Source: Raja brachyura (Eukaryota). From it: a DNA stretch of 64,000 bases. Positions within the stretch are counted from its first letter, which is position 1; the number at the start of each line of letters is the position of its first letter. The notes beneath the pieces were generated by a model. That model was not told where the DNA came from. It saw only the letters and a program-made list of their open reading frames with translations, and ran no database searches. Location of the stretch: positions 2,108,001 through 2,172,000 of the forward strand of contig OY740808.1 of the NCBI GenBank assembly GCA_963514005.1. Reading direction: 5' to 3'. Both the position numbers and the translations under genes were made by a program. This document shows positions 49,710 through 61,210 of this stretch, piece by piece.

Positions 49710-51142
49710 TTAAGTAATAAGTTCTGCCATGTTCACAACTTTGTGCAGACAGCTAATTGGTGTAAGTGGTTCGGTGAAGACCGTGCCAATAAAGATTTAT
49801 TTTTAAAGCAATTTTTTTGCTGTGAAAACTTTAAAATCTCAGCTGATAATATGTTGAATCATTGTTTCAAATTTTTGAATAGGATTGTGAACATCACAAT
49901 GCCACCGATTCCCGTGGCACCCAAATGTAACAATCTATTAAAGTGAAAATCTTGAACCAGTTAATCTTGAACAAAAACAGTTGGTCAGTGATACTCAACA
50001 TTTGTTTTTTCAAGCTTGTCCTTTTACCAATGGCTTTGTCTCCCAATGTCAAGTAGACATCATGCACCTGTTGCAGGAAGCAACATGGAAGATATTTTAC
50101 GGAGATAGTTTTGGTGCATTGGGAGAGAAATATATGCGGATCTGTCCATCTCAATACACCACTGCATGTACATCTTGGGAAAGTTCTTCAATCAGTAACT
50201 AGTTTAAACAAAAATTAATTGTGTCAATAAAACAACCGAGTCTCTATCTTTAAATATTAAAACTTAATACTTTCTCTTTTGGTCAGTTATGTCCTTCAAT
50301 TGTTTGATAAATCTGTTTTAGAGCAACAGCTGTTATTTGGTTTCAGAAGGAGTGCAGTAAGCCTCAGCGATGAGCAATTGCATAGTAGATCTGGTCATTT
50401 AATAAAGGAAAGTACTGCTTGCCTTTGTGTTGTACCTTATCTCACCTCTGGGAAACATCTCACTGTTCATTCCATTCATCTTTTTATGTGAATAGTGGTA
50501 TAGATGAGCAAGGCTTAGAGTAGCATTTACACTTTTGTAAATTGTGATGGACGTTTGTGTAAATTGAATTGTTTGTATGTTTTGTAGGAATTGTCTTTGT
50601 TTGTATGGCTGTGGAAACAGTTTCGTTTGAGCCTCACTGAGGTTCAAATGACATGGAATAAAATATTGTATTGTATTAGTCACACAACTTCTCACTTGAT
50701 GCTCATTGTATTATTTGGCTGCAGTTCCTGAACAACTGTTTTCCAAAAGTCTTGTGCACTTTGGTTTCCTGTAAATATTTGAACTGATTTCACCTGGCCA
50801 ATAGAAACGTAGTAAAAATCAATGGATGCTTTCAACAAATCAGAATCACAGATATTACAGAGTTGTATAATGTAACTGAACAGACAACATGTTTTAAAAT
50901 GAGCAGCTCTCTGCCAGATTATAAGTGCAATTGCTGATGGTTTGTATATCTCTGTTGGTAAAAGGTGATGTTAGGACTGTAACCTCAGAGCAGGCACGTG
51001 CCGTGAGTAATTGCTCAGGTTAGTCAGTCAGCTTTTTAAATTTAAAAAAAAATCTTAAATCGCGCATGCGCAGATTCTCCTCTCCGTATGCTGTCAGTCG
51101 ACTTTTATAAAGTCTTCAAAAGCCATATCTCGTAATAAAGTG

Positions 51143-51890
51143 CCGTATTTCCCGACAATGAAGACGCACCTGCGTTGAAAACGCACCCCATTTTGAGTTG
51201 CTAAATTTTGAAAGAAGGCTGGCGCGATATAGAATTTCTCACGCTCAAAAAAATAAAGTAAGTAACAATTCAATTTGCCCAAGGCTTCCAAATCTCCTTC
51301 ATTCTGAATTACTGATAGGTGGGGGGTGGAGGGTGATGGCAGGTGAATAGATCGTGGGAAAAACGGGAGCACACCGGGACGAGTTAAATCAGTTGTGATC
51401 TTATTGAATGACAATACTAGTTCAAGGGACCCATTGGGAGGGGAGAGTTCCTTTCACAGCATGTGGGGAGTCTGGCCGGGGGGTAAAGTTGCAGGGAGGG
51501 CAGGAGCGGAGGGATAGCCAAGTTGAGAAGGAGGGGGCCGGGAGTAAAGTTGTGGGGAGGGCAGGAGCGGAGGGATAGCCAAGTTGAGAAGGAGGGGGCC
51601 GGGAGTAAAGTTGCGGGGAGGGCAGGAGTGGAGGGATAGCCAAGTTGAGAAGGAGGGGGTCAGGGATCATGCCAGTAACTCGCTTACCACTGCTGCGACG
51701 CTCCAGGCGCGGAGCCGCCGCATGGTGGCCGGGGAGGGAAGTAGCTCGTTCTTGATGTTACTGTACTGAGGGAGAGCCAAGTCTATCTTTCTTGGCTAAC
51801 AACCTAACCTTCAGCCTCCAAGACGCAAGGGAACATTTTTGTGCCTTATTTTTGAGTAAAAAATAGCATCTTCATTGCCAGGAAATACGG
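51143..51890. mobile_element. Tc1/mariner superfamily (Tc2-like) non-autonomous element
   Basis: 25-bp TIRs ccgtatttcccgacaatgaagacgc / gcatcttcattgccaggaaatacgg. TA on the right flank and TG on the left. Confidence 0.8.
51474..51659. repeat. 61-bp G-rich tandem repeat, 3 copies
   Basis: gtaaag recurs at 51483, 51544 and 51605. Unit ggccgggagtaaagttgcggggagggcaggagcggagggatagccaagttgagaaggaggg. Confidence 0.95.
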
Positions 51891-54179
51891 TATTTAAAAA
51901 CATATAGCTCAAAGAAATATACGTACCACATATATACATGAACATTCTTCCCACTTTGTTTCATAAGATACTCTTAAGATAATGGCAATCCATGTTTGAA
52001 AAACTCGCCAAGAGACTTGCGCTGCTGTGTATGCTGAGTACACAGTCCACGGTGCAAAGGCAGAATTTCAGCTGCCTTCAGCTCCCCTTGTCCGTGAAGG
52101 TTTGAAGTCGCGTCGACGGCACGTGAGCTGCACACACTTTCACGTGTTACAAGTACTGCGGATGAAAGGCACGGAGTATTATGCCTGAAGAGATCGATCT
52201 CTTAGGTAGGCATAATTCTCCCGTGCCTTTACTAATAATTACCATTTTATAATTTTGGTCAGAGTAGGCCTCAGAGGATCTTGGGTCAGGTTCAGGATGC
52301 AAAATCTTTTTCCATAGAGGAAACTGATAACAAGGGGCTACGCTGTTGGGATAGCAAGAGATAATGGCAAAATATAGCAAAGTAAATCAGAACCTTTTGG
52401 TTAAAGTTCCTTGAGGGAGAGAAGACAAGAATTGTTACAGGCCCACATTCTGAAAAACAAGTCACCACCATCACCCTTGGCTTCTGCCACAAGCCAATTT
52501 TGCACCTATTTGGTGAGCTCACCTTGGATCCGATGTGTTCTTGTGGATCAGCCAACCATGCAAATCCTTGCCAAAGGTCTTGCTAAAGCCATGTATACAA
52601 TGTCTGCTGCTCCAACCTCCCCCCTCCCCTCCCTTCTACTTTATAAAGTAATTCCTTGAAGTATATCAATATTTTCAGGGAATTCATCACGCCAAAGTTT
52701 TTAAACCAATGATTTAGACATAATTGAGTCCCAGCTATTTTCAACACCTGCTGCTGCGATGTTAACATATTGGATTGCTGACGCTGTAACTGCATGCTCA
52801 TCTTGGTGTAGCTCCAATGTTAACTGACCCAGTTCCAGAAAACTGCAGAACATTTCTCGCACCTCTTCACCTTGACACCCACATCCTTATCAACATGTGT
52901 AAACTTCATCTAAACATTTAAAATAATATTTAGTGTTTTCACCCTTCAAGAGACTTTGCACTGTCTCCAATAAGTCAAAATTTACCTGCAGAATTCTCAT
53001 TTAAACAAAATAGTTGATAGTTGTGTCAAGCAGAAATGAGACAATTTAGACTTTAGCTCTGTGCAGTTGGCAATGTATCCTAATTTGATATTCAAAACTG
53101 ACATCTAAAGAACAACTTTGCCTGCCTAGGTTTGTGCCTTAGGGAGGAATAACGAGACACTGTTGTCAAAGTCTTATGAAGCAGCATTGCTGTTGGGTGT
53201 AGAAATGTCAGAAAAAGACGGTATGGATCAGGGAAATAGTGGAAGAGTGCAATTTGTATTGATGGGTTCAATGCTGTCAGTTTCCAGGGACGTGTGAAAG
53301 GGGTAAATCAGTAACGTTACCGAGTCGGCATTGCAAAACGTTTTGGTAAAGGTAATTCATGTTTGGATCCGTACGGGAATGTTATGTTCACAAAGCTGAT
53401 TGTAATACAGTCAATATAGTAGGTAGACTACTATACACTATACTATACTATTATTCCAGCATCTGCAGTTCTTTCTTAAACAGTCAATATAGTGATCGAG
53501 TGGTCATTTTGTAACTAATGATCTTGTGTGCCAAAAGGAACAATCACCTGTTTTGTTTCCCCCTGCTCAAGACTAATTGTAGATTGGGTCTGGGAGCAGA
53601 CAAATTCAGCCTAATCTATTGCACATTTTGAAGTCTGACCATTTATTTTCTTTGGATGTATACATACATTAAATGTAACAACTTTGCGCAATATTCTAAG
53701 ACTACTTACTTTGGAGCAAATTGCAATGCACTGTGAACAGCCCTATAAGCATTTTATGAAAATATAAAAATATTCCATTAGAATGGGTGGTATAGAATAT
53801 ATATTTAAAACAATCAAAATATTCATAAGGCTCCGCAGGTGCAGATTAGAACCAGTTAGGGGTTGTCTGCACATTTATAGTGAAGTACAGGTAAAATGAA
53901 CATTTTGCTTGCAGCAGTATCACAGGCATATAGACTCGGCCAATGCACAAAAATATCAATTATACATAAATTCTCCAAGGCAATGAAAAGAAAAAGACCG
54001 ACAGAAAACAAGATATTAGTTTTCTTAGGCCTTCTACACTCCCATTTTCACATCCTTCAACACCCCACTACAGCATCCTAAATCCTCAGAGCCCATTCTC
54101 ATCAATACCGGGGCTTGTTCACTTCCTGTTGTGAAAAGTTTGGTGATCAATTCAGAACCTGTGAGAAAGAGGTGTGTGG

Positions 54180-54303
54180 GAAGAAGGAACTACAGATGCT
54201 GGTTTAAACCGAAAATAGACAAAATGCTAGAGTAATTCAGTGGGACAGGCAGCATCCCTGAAGAGAAGGAATGGGTGATGTTTCGGGACGAGACCCTTCT
54301 TCA
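54180..54303 (-). mobile_element. Solo pLTR-derived element
   Basis: gaaggaactacagatgctgg...gggtgatgtttcgggacgagacccttcttc. Confidence 0.8.
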
Positions 54304-56475
54304 AGAGATTAATGGATTTGAGCAGTATTTGGGGAAAATTGTAATTAAGTTTACTTTTTAAGAATGAATATCTTTAAATATTTACAATGGGACCATTAAT
54401 ATACATGTTTCACCATGGACTAATGTCAATTCAAAAAAGGAAGTTATTCCATTTTACTTAAAACCTCTGAGATTTTGTTTTACTTATTTAAAAGCAAGAA
54501 GTTGCCCATTATGAGTCTAGGAAATTCTCTTTCTCAAAGGACAATGGAACTGAATGTTTTAATAGTTTTAAGGGAGTAGATGAAAGCAAGGGGGTGAAAG
54601 GTTACTGCATATTGAATAGTGGAGCAGGCTCACAGGGTTAAGAAGCCTGCTCTCGCGTCTAATTTGGTTGCACGTTCATATGTTAGGAATGTCTAATCAA
54701 ATAAAAGAGGATCCTGAGCGTGGCCAGCAAGCAAACTGCCATTCTGTGAAGAAAACAACCACTTGGAGACACTTTGTGCTTTGCGTTAACACAAATAATT
54801 CACTTGAGATCTGGATTGATTGTTGTGAAATAGGCAAAGTTAACCAAATTGTTTTAATACGAAAATCAAATGCAGGTGCACTAGTGCTTAACTCTATTTA
54901 ATCTCAGTTAAATGTGATTGAATGCAGCCAAAGAGCAGGGATTTGGAGGTATTAGCAGATATATCAGTGCATCAGGATCTTTAGGAAAGAACATAGCTGG
55001 TGTTCATTGATTCAATAGAAAAGTTCGTGAAGCGCCTTGAGATTAGGGATTTTGAAGGCTTTAGCCAAGGCTGTTAATAAATAAAATAAATGTATCCAGT
55101 CTACTTGTAGAATAGTGGTTGGAAAATTCAAGGTTGCATACAGTAGCTCTCCAGTTGGGGTGCAATCAAACAAATAAAAACTATATAGATAATTAATTGT
55201 GATGTTATCTGTTTTTATTGAACTTCAGACTGAAACCAAGTCTTTGTTTTGTACATTTCACAACTGAATTTATGTTAGACTTTATTTAATACTGTTTTTC
55301 TTGCCCCAAAACACGTTTTAAGAAATGTTTTAAGTATTCTATTTTTTTAGAAATCCGCATCGCAAGTATATTCAATTCAGTGGCGCTTTATTGTCTCGTG
55401 TGCACCGCACAATGAAATTCCCTGAAATGCCGTCATAACTCCGTGTGATCCTTTCAAATTGTATGGAAATGCCTGTCTCAGTATAAACGGGTCAGAAAAT
55501 GGTTATTATTTGAAAAGAAATGCACCCTTTTGGTACTATTGGCATCGCTTTTGGATCTGGTCTTCATGTTCAGTAAATATAGCTCTTTATCTGAACATAA
55601 TTTGCTGTGTTGTCCTATGATAGAAATGGAAGTCCAGTGAAATTTGAAGTTTATGGTTTTGTCGTTATAAATTATGTTCTCTTAATTCTCAGTAAGTCAT
55701 TTGTAAATATTACCCTAAAGCTTGGTTTCCTGCAAAATACTTGCAAAGTATCTGAGGTAGAGAAGGAGGCCATTCTGCCTATTGAGCATCTGCAAAGCAA
55801 TTTAATCAGTGCCATTAACATTTTTGGTCTCTGAAGCCCTGTAGACTGATGCTCACAATCATACCCTTGAATTCTATTCTAATACATGCATCAGTCCCTA
55901 AACACTAACTGTGGTCCACGTTGACCTTTCCTTTACCAGCATTCTACATACATTTACGTGCAGCATTCTTTCTACCTCCAACATATTTGAAAATCACTCA
56001 CTGCTTATCATTTAAGTTTTCTAATGGACATCACTCAATGTTTTCAGTTTCAATCAAGGAACTGGGTACTTTTTAAAGTTAAATGTTATTCAGCCTGAGA
56101 TCAGGATTCCGGATTTTCTTTGTAGAATGGTTAGTTTGTAGACAGTGAAGCGTTGATGTTTGCCACGTTGGAATTTAGCTGCAAATGAAGGAATAGATTA
56201 ATTTTTCATATCATTTATAATGTGCACAACTTCATAAGGGAAGGCACTTGGATATACCAACACAATTGCCGACTTTCACAAGAGGATATGATGCATTTGC
56301 CTGCAATACCTATAATTCATTTTACTAGTTTATAAATGTGTGTTTGATATTCAAATATGGCAAAAATAACTAAAATCAAAATAATTAAACTATATTACAT
56401 TTTACAAATTTCAGAAAATAAAATTAACTTTCCCTTTGACTCGAGATCTTTGTCCTACAATCCCCATTGAAATTA

Positions 56476-56775
56476 GGGGTGGTGCAGTGATGAGTTGTTG
56501 CCTTGCGGCGCCAGAGGCCCGGCATCGATCCTGACTACGGTGGCTCTCTAAACAGAGCTGGTTTGTTCTCCTTGTAATCACGTGGGGTTTTCTCCGGGTG
56601 CTTCAGTTTCCTCCCACATTCCAAAGACGTGCAGGTTTGTAGGTTAATTGGCTTTGGTAAAATTGTAAATTGTCCTAGTGCGTAGGATAGTAAAAGTGTG
56701 CAGGGATCGCTGGTCGGCGCAGACGTGGTGGGCCAAAGAGCCTGTTTCTGCGCTGTATCTACAAATGAAAGTAAA
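56476..56775 (+). mobile_element. HE1-type V-SINE, near full length
   Basis: tRNA-like head, V-domain ttctccgggtgcttcagtttcctcccacattccaaagacgtgcagg, and CR1-like tail gcctgtttctgcgctgtatct. Confidence 0.85.
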
Positions 56776-58554
56776 TCTGTGCGATCTCTTATACTGCCCC
56801 CAGGTGATGTCTGGAGTGTAATGCTGGAGAATCGAGCCAGACTTCCAGACCTATCGGCTGGACACAGACTACCTTGTTTTGTGGTGCTTCAATCATGAAA
56901 TTGAATTTTATTGGCTGAATACTAGTGTTTCTGGTCTTGAGATATTTAATAATACAGATTAGAGATTCTAATGTGCAATACCTATACACTGTATGGAAAA
57001 GTAAGCATCGGATCGAACTTAATTGCCTTTGCCTCTTATTGGTCACCTCTTAACAGGGAAAATGTCTCTTCTGACCAGAGGTATTTGGGAAGTGTTTGCA
57101 ACCAGTGGAGCAGAATCTTGCATTACAATTGATGCTTTCATTGCAGCATGAATGCAAGGGAAACTGCATATTTATTTTACTGGAATGTGGCAAGATGAAG
57201 AACATAACTTATGCAGGAATAATGCCATAAAAATATTTGAGCATGGAAGCGTGTGGGATATATGGTTACTACCAATATCAACTCTACCCATAGAATGCTT
57301 CTATTTATAAAATGAGTTTGCAGGTATAGGCGTGGTCATATCAACACACATAAGTGTACTTGATTTTAAGTCTTTGAAAATAATGCGACGATCTGATTCT
57401 CCGATATTTCTACATGAAAGCAATGCATTTATAAATTATAAAATAGTCCCACTTGTTTCCTTGAAGACTTGCATGGGAAATGAGTGAAATATCAAAGAAC
57501 AAATTTCTTTTGGTATACACATCTTGAAAGTTTCCACCTTAAGGACAGTTAAAACAAGAAGAAAGTATGCAAAGAAGTGTAAAGAGAGCAGTAGCATACA
57601 GAAGGGTGAAGCCTATCTTAATTTACTAACCAAAACGATCTTTTGCACATTAAAAAGGTTATAAACTTAACATGTATGTGGTGCATTTGAAAAGTTTGGT
57701 CTTTCAGCAAACGTGCCACCAAGGTTTATACTGACAAGAGTGATTCCCAGCCTTAATTTTTTGGTGTATATAATGATGGGAGATCATTTTCTCAAAGAAT
57801 TTCTTGTTTTTTTATGTGGAAGATTAATCTGAATTCTGAAATTGGAGATGCACATGCCTAATTTTAATCACATAGATATATCGATTATCCAAGACCTGTA
57901 GACATTGAGTAGTAATTTCCGAGGATGTGCTGCACATAAGTAACTAAAGCATGTGCGTTGTCAGCATGTCAGATACTTGCTGGGTTAATCAGGACATCAC
58001 CAAGGAGATTGTAATCGTGCTAACCAGGGTTTTAGTGGAATGGGCTCCTGGCATGAGAGTTTCAAGCAGTTGGAGACAGTGCCAGTGACAGATTTGCTGA
58101 TACTGTCAATCAAGGGCCACATTTTTTATGAAAGCACTTAGCCTACCTGAGCAACCTCAACACATGCTTTGGCTTGGCTGAGGCACATATGTCAGGAACT
58201 GGCAGCAGTAATACACCAGTAAAACAATGTAGCTTCAACTTGTAGTTTAAATTCACATTTATAGGAACTCTTTACAGGTGCCATACAAAGCCTTTCACAT
58301 TGATTGTGAAACATTGCTAACATAAAATAGCTTTTCCTTTACTGTATAGTTCTTCCCCTCTCATCTTTCTCACCTACACCATTGGGAGAAAAAATGTAAA
58401 TGCTTATGAGTGAAATAGAATGTCAGACTTCATGTCCTCAGGAGGTTATTTTGGGAAAGAAACAAACATTGATAAACTAATGGGAGATTTGAGGTCTTTC
58501 AAATACTTGTTAGCAGGACTATATTAAATACAGCAGGGAGAATAATGTAATGAA

Positions 58555-58870
58555 TAGGAACTACAGATACTGATTTATACCAAAGATAGACACGCAATGC
58601 TGGAGTAACTCAGGATCTCAGGACAGCATCTCTAGAGAAAATGGATAGCTAATGTTTCAGGTCGGGACCCTTGTTATGACTGATTGCAATAACGAGTGTA
58701 GGGAACAAGAACTGGAAGCAAGTAGAAAAAATCACAGGGCAAATCAGGGCCAGGAGGTTCCCTGATAGGCCAATTGTTGGCTCGAGACGAGTTTGAGCCC
58801 AAGAGGGATATTGTTGAGAGCTGTGGAGCTGGTTAACGGACTTTTCGTGGTGGAGGGAGGAATGCTGTGT
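58555..58870 (-). mobile_element. pLTR plus probable Penelope 3' UTR fragment
   Basis: pLTR motif at 58555-58685, then a purine-rich block like those next to pLTRs elsewhere. Confidence 0.6.
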
Positions 58871-59532
58871 TGTTTGCGACAGGTACATGGAAATAAAAAT
58901 ATGCTTCAGTGTTTTGTTTAATGATGAGTGAGCTTCCGTTTACATCAGTTGAATGTATTTATTGCTCAGCAAATGAAATTCATCAGGACAGCACATATCA
59001 GGTTGTGTATGGCCCTACAGTTACACCAATACTTGGTTCCTTAGAAACTTGTTTGTTGCACATTCCCCCTATTTGCCGCTGTCACTACAGCGCTACTCTG
59101 ATTTAGTTCCAAATCCATTTTGACAGTTTATAGAATGGGTTATATATAGAGAGGGAAACCAGATGTGACAGCCTCAGTGGCAAATTCCAGTTGCCTGCAG
59201 CCTGAAGGATGGAAGATGAACTGATCCCGATTTGTTTCACAGCTAGGGCCCTCTCTAGTTAATTGGCTGCCAATAGCTTTACTAATGAATGATGATGGAT
59301 GGAATGCAGGTTGCTTGAACAGGGCACTTAAAGCAATGAAAGCATCATACATACAGATATCACCTGAAGACAGCTGCTGAAGTAGGAAAGGCTGCAGCAA
59401 TCAATGCCTTTGCTCCGTGTCCCTTCCCTAAATGTTTCATTACAGTGCACGTGGGTAAGTATTGCTTATTGTGGCAAATTAACACAGTTGCTTCAATATT
59501 AATTTTAATTGGCCGGATGATATATCTTCAGG

Positions 59533-59758
59533 TGGACACAGAATGCTGGAGTAACTCAGTGGGACAGGCAGCATCTCTGGAGAGAAGGAATGGGTGACAT
59601 TTTGGGTCGAGACCCTTCTTCAGTTGGTTGTAAAAAACAATGTAACATATACTTTGTTTTTTAAATCACAAAAGTACTGGAATAACTCAGTGGGTCAGTC
59701 AGGATCCCTGGAGAATGTGGGTAGGTGACATTTTGGGTCAAGACTGCACTTCAGACTG
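59533..59758 (-). mobile_element. Two tandem solo pLTR-derived elements; another lies at 62385-62480
   Basis: tgctggagtaactcagtggg...gggtgacattttgggtcgagacccttcttcag, repeated. Confidence 0.8.
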
Positions 59759-60599
59759 AATTTGTGTTGTCAGTCAATGAGCATCTGTTTGTCCATAACC
59801 AACAGCTTCTGTCACTCGGCAGAATTTTCCTACTCCAGTGGGAAGAGATTGACTTTGCTTATCTATATTCTTCCTACTGCGCTGGAACAAATTTATCTGC
59901 CTCTACTTCAAAGCACTCTAATCCATTAAATTATTTCTGAGATAATGCTTTTATTCATGCTGAGATTCTTCAAATCAAAATTCTGGTTCTGAAGGCAAAC
60001 TACCTATTTTCCAGTAAAAAGTTTAAGCAATGTGATATAATAGACTATATCAGTTTGTGGTAGATTTTAGAATAAGCAGAATTTAAACACAAGATTATTA
60101 TTAAACAAATTTCATTTATAGATTTTTGGACATGAAATTCAAATCAGCTTCATAAAAATACCTAATTGCGATTTCATTGCAGTACCACACAAACAATTTC
60201 TGATCGTGAACATTTTTGTATTATGATTTTGTTCTCACTGCAAGCAAGATTTTGACTTGGAAGTAGGAAGAAATTGCACCTCATGTTTTATCAGTTTGAT
60301 TGTTTCTATCAATAAAGCAACTCAGAAGATCTTGTTATTGGTTGATGAGCAAGATGAACCAGTTGGAAGCAGATCTTGTTTAAGAGTGTATTTCATTCAT
60401 TAACATTGAATTGTAGCTCCACTGGTCTATTAAAACTTGAGTAAAGCCAGTTTCTTGGTATTACATTGTTCGATTGCTGCCCAGCGACCATTTAATCTTT
60501 GTGCAACTGAAGGAATCAATCTACAATTTTGCAGTTGGTTGAATTAAACCTGGCTGATCTGAAAAATGACTGAAGACTACTGATCCATCTGATCTTAAG

Positions 60600-61210
60600 T
60601 GGTATAGTAACACTTATTACTGACCCAGTAGCTGGGAAGTCTCACCACAGCAGCTGGGAATTTAAATTTAATCAATTAAATCTAACATTTTCTAAAAATT
60701 TACTGTTGATAACATTGAATATGAAACTACTGGATGTTTATAATAACCCATCCGATTCACTAATGCCTTGGATATTACAGAAAATTTGCCATCTTTATCT
60801 AGTTTGGCCCCACATTCTCCTATTCTTTCCCTTCTTTCCCCCCCCCCCCCCCCCCCCCCCCCAAATGCCAGACTGTACACTGACCTACGTACTAGGGGCA
60901 ATATACAGTGTGCAATATACTGTGTACAACATACCGTGGCCTAGTAACCTACCAACCTGCATATTTTTACAATGTGGGAGGAAATGGGAGCACTTGGGGA
61001 AACCCAAGTAGTCACAGGAAGACCATGCAAATGCCACACAAACAGCAGCAAAATTCAGGATTGAGCCTGGTTGCTGGAGCTACGAGATAGCGTTTCATCC
61101 AGCTGCCCAATGTGCTGCTCTACATGCTCGACCCGTAACTGCCTCTTCACCAGCAATTAAGGATGGACAATATATGGCAGCATTGTCAGCAAATCAACAT
61201 AAGTGAAGAA
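60600..61210 (+). mobile_element. SacSINE1/DeuSINE-like SINE interrupted by a poly-C run and a minus-strand HE1-like SINE (about 60900-61120)
   Basis: cagctgggaatttaaattt...aacccatccgattcactaatgcc...gccatctttatctagtttggcc, resuming at taactgcctct...gcaattaaggatggacaat. Confidence 0.55.

Noticed and set aside
56476-56545. tRNA gene candidates (also near 12491, 36785 and 42058)
   Set aside because: Degenerate tRNA-derived SINE heads followed by a V-domain; no cloverleaf.
60839-60862. Poly-C tract giving poly-Pro/poly-Gly ORFs (also the G run at 9781-9797)
   Set aside because: Homopolymer at a repeat junction; not an exon, despite FBRSL1 being proline-rich.
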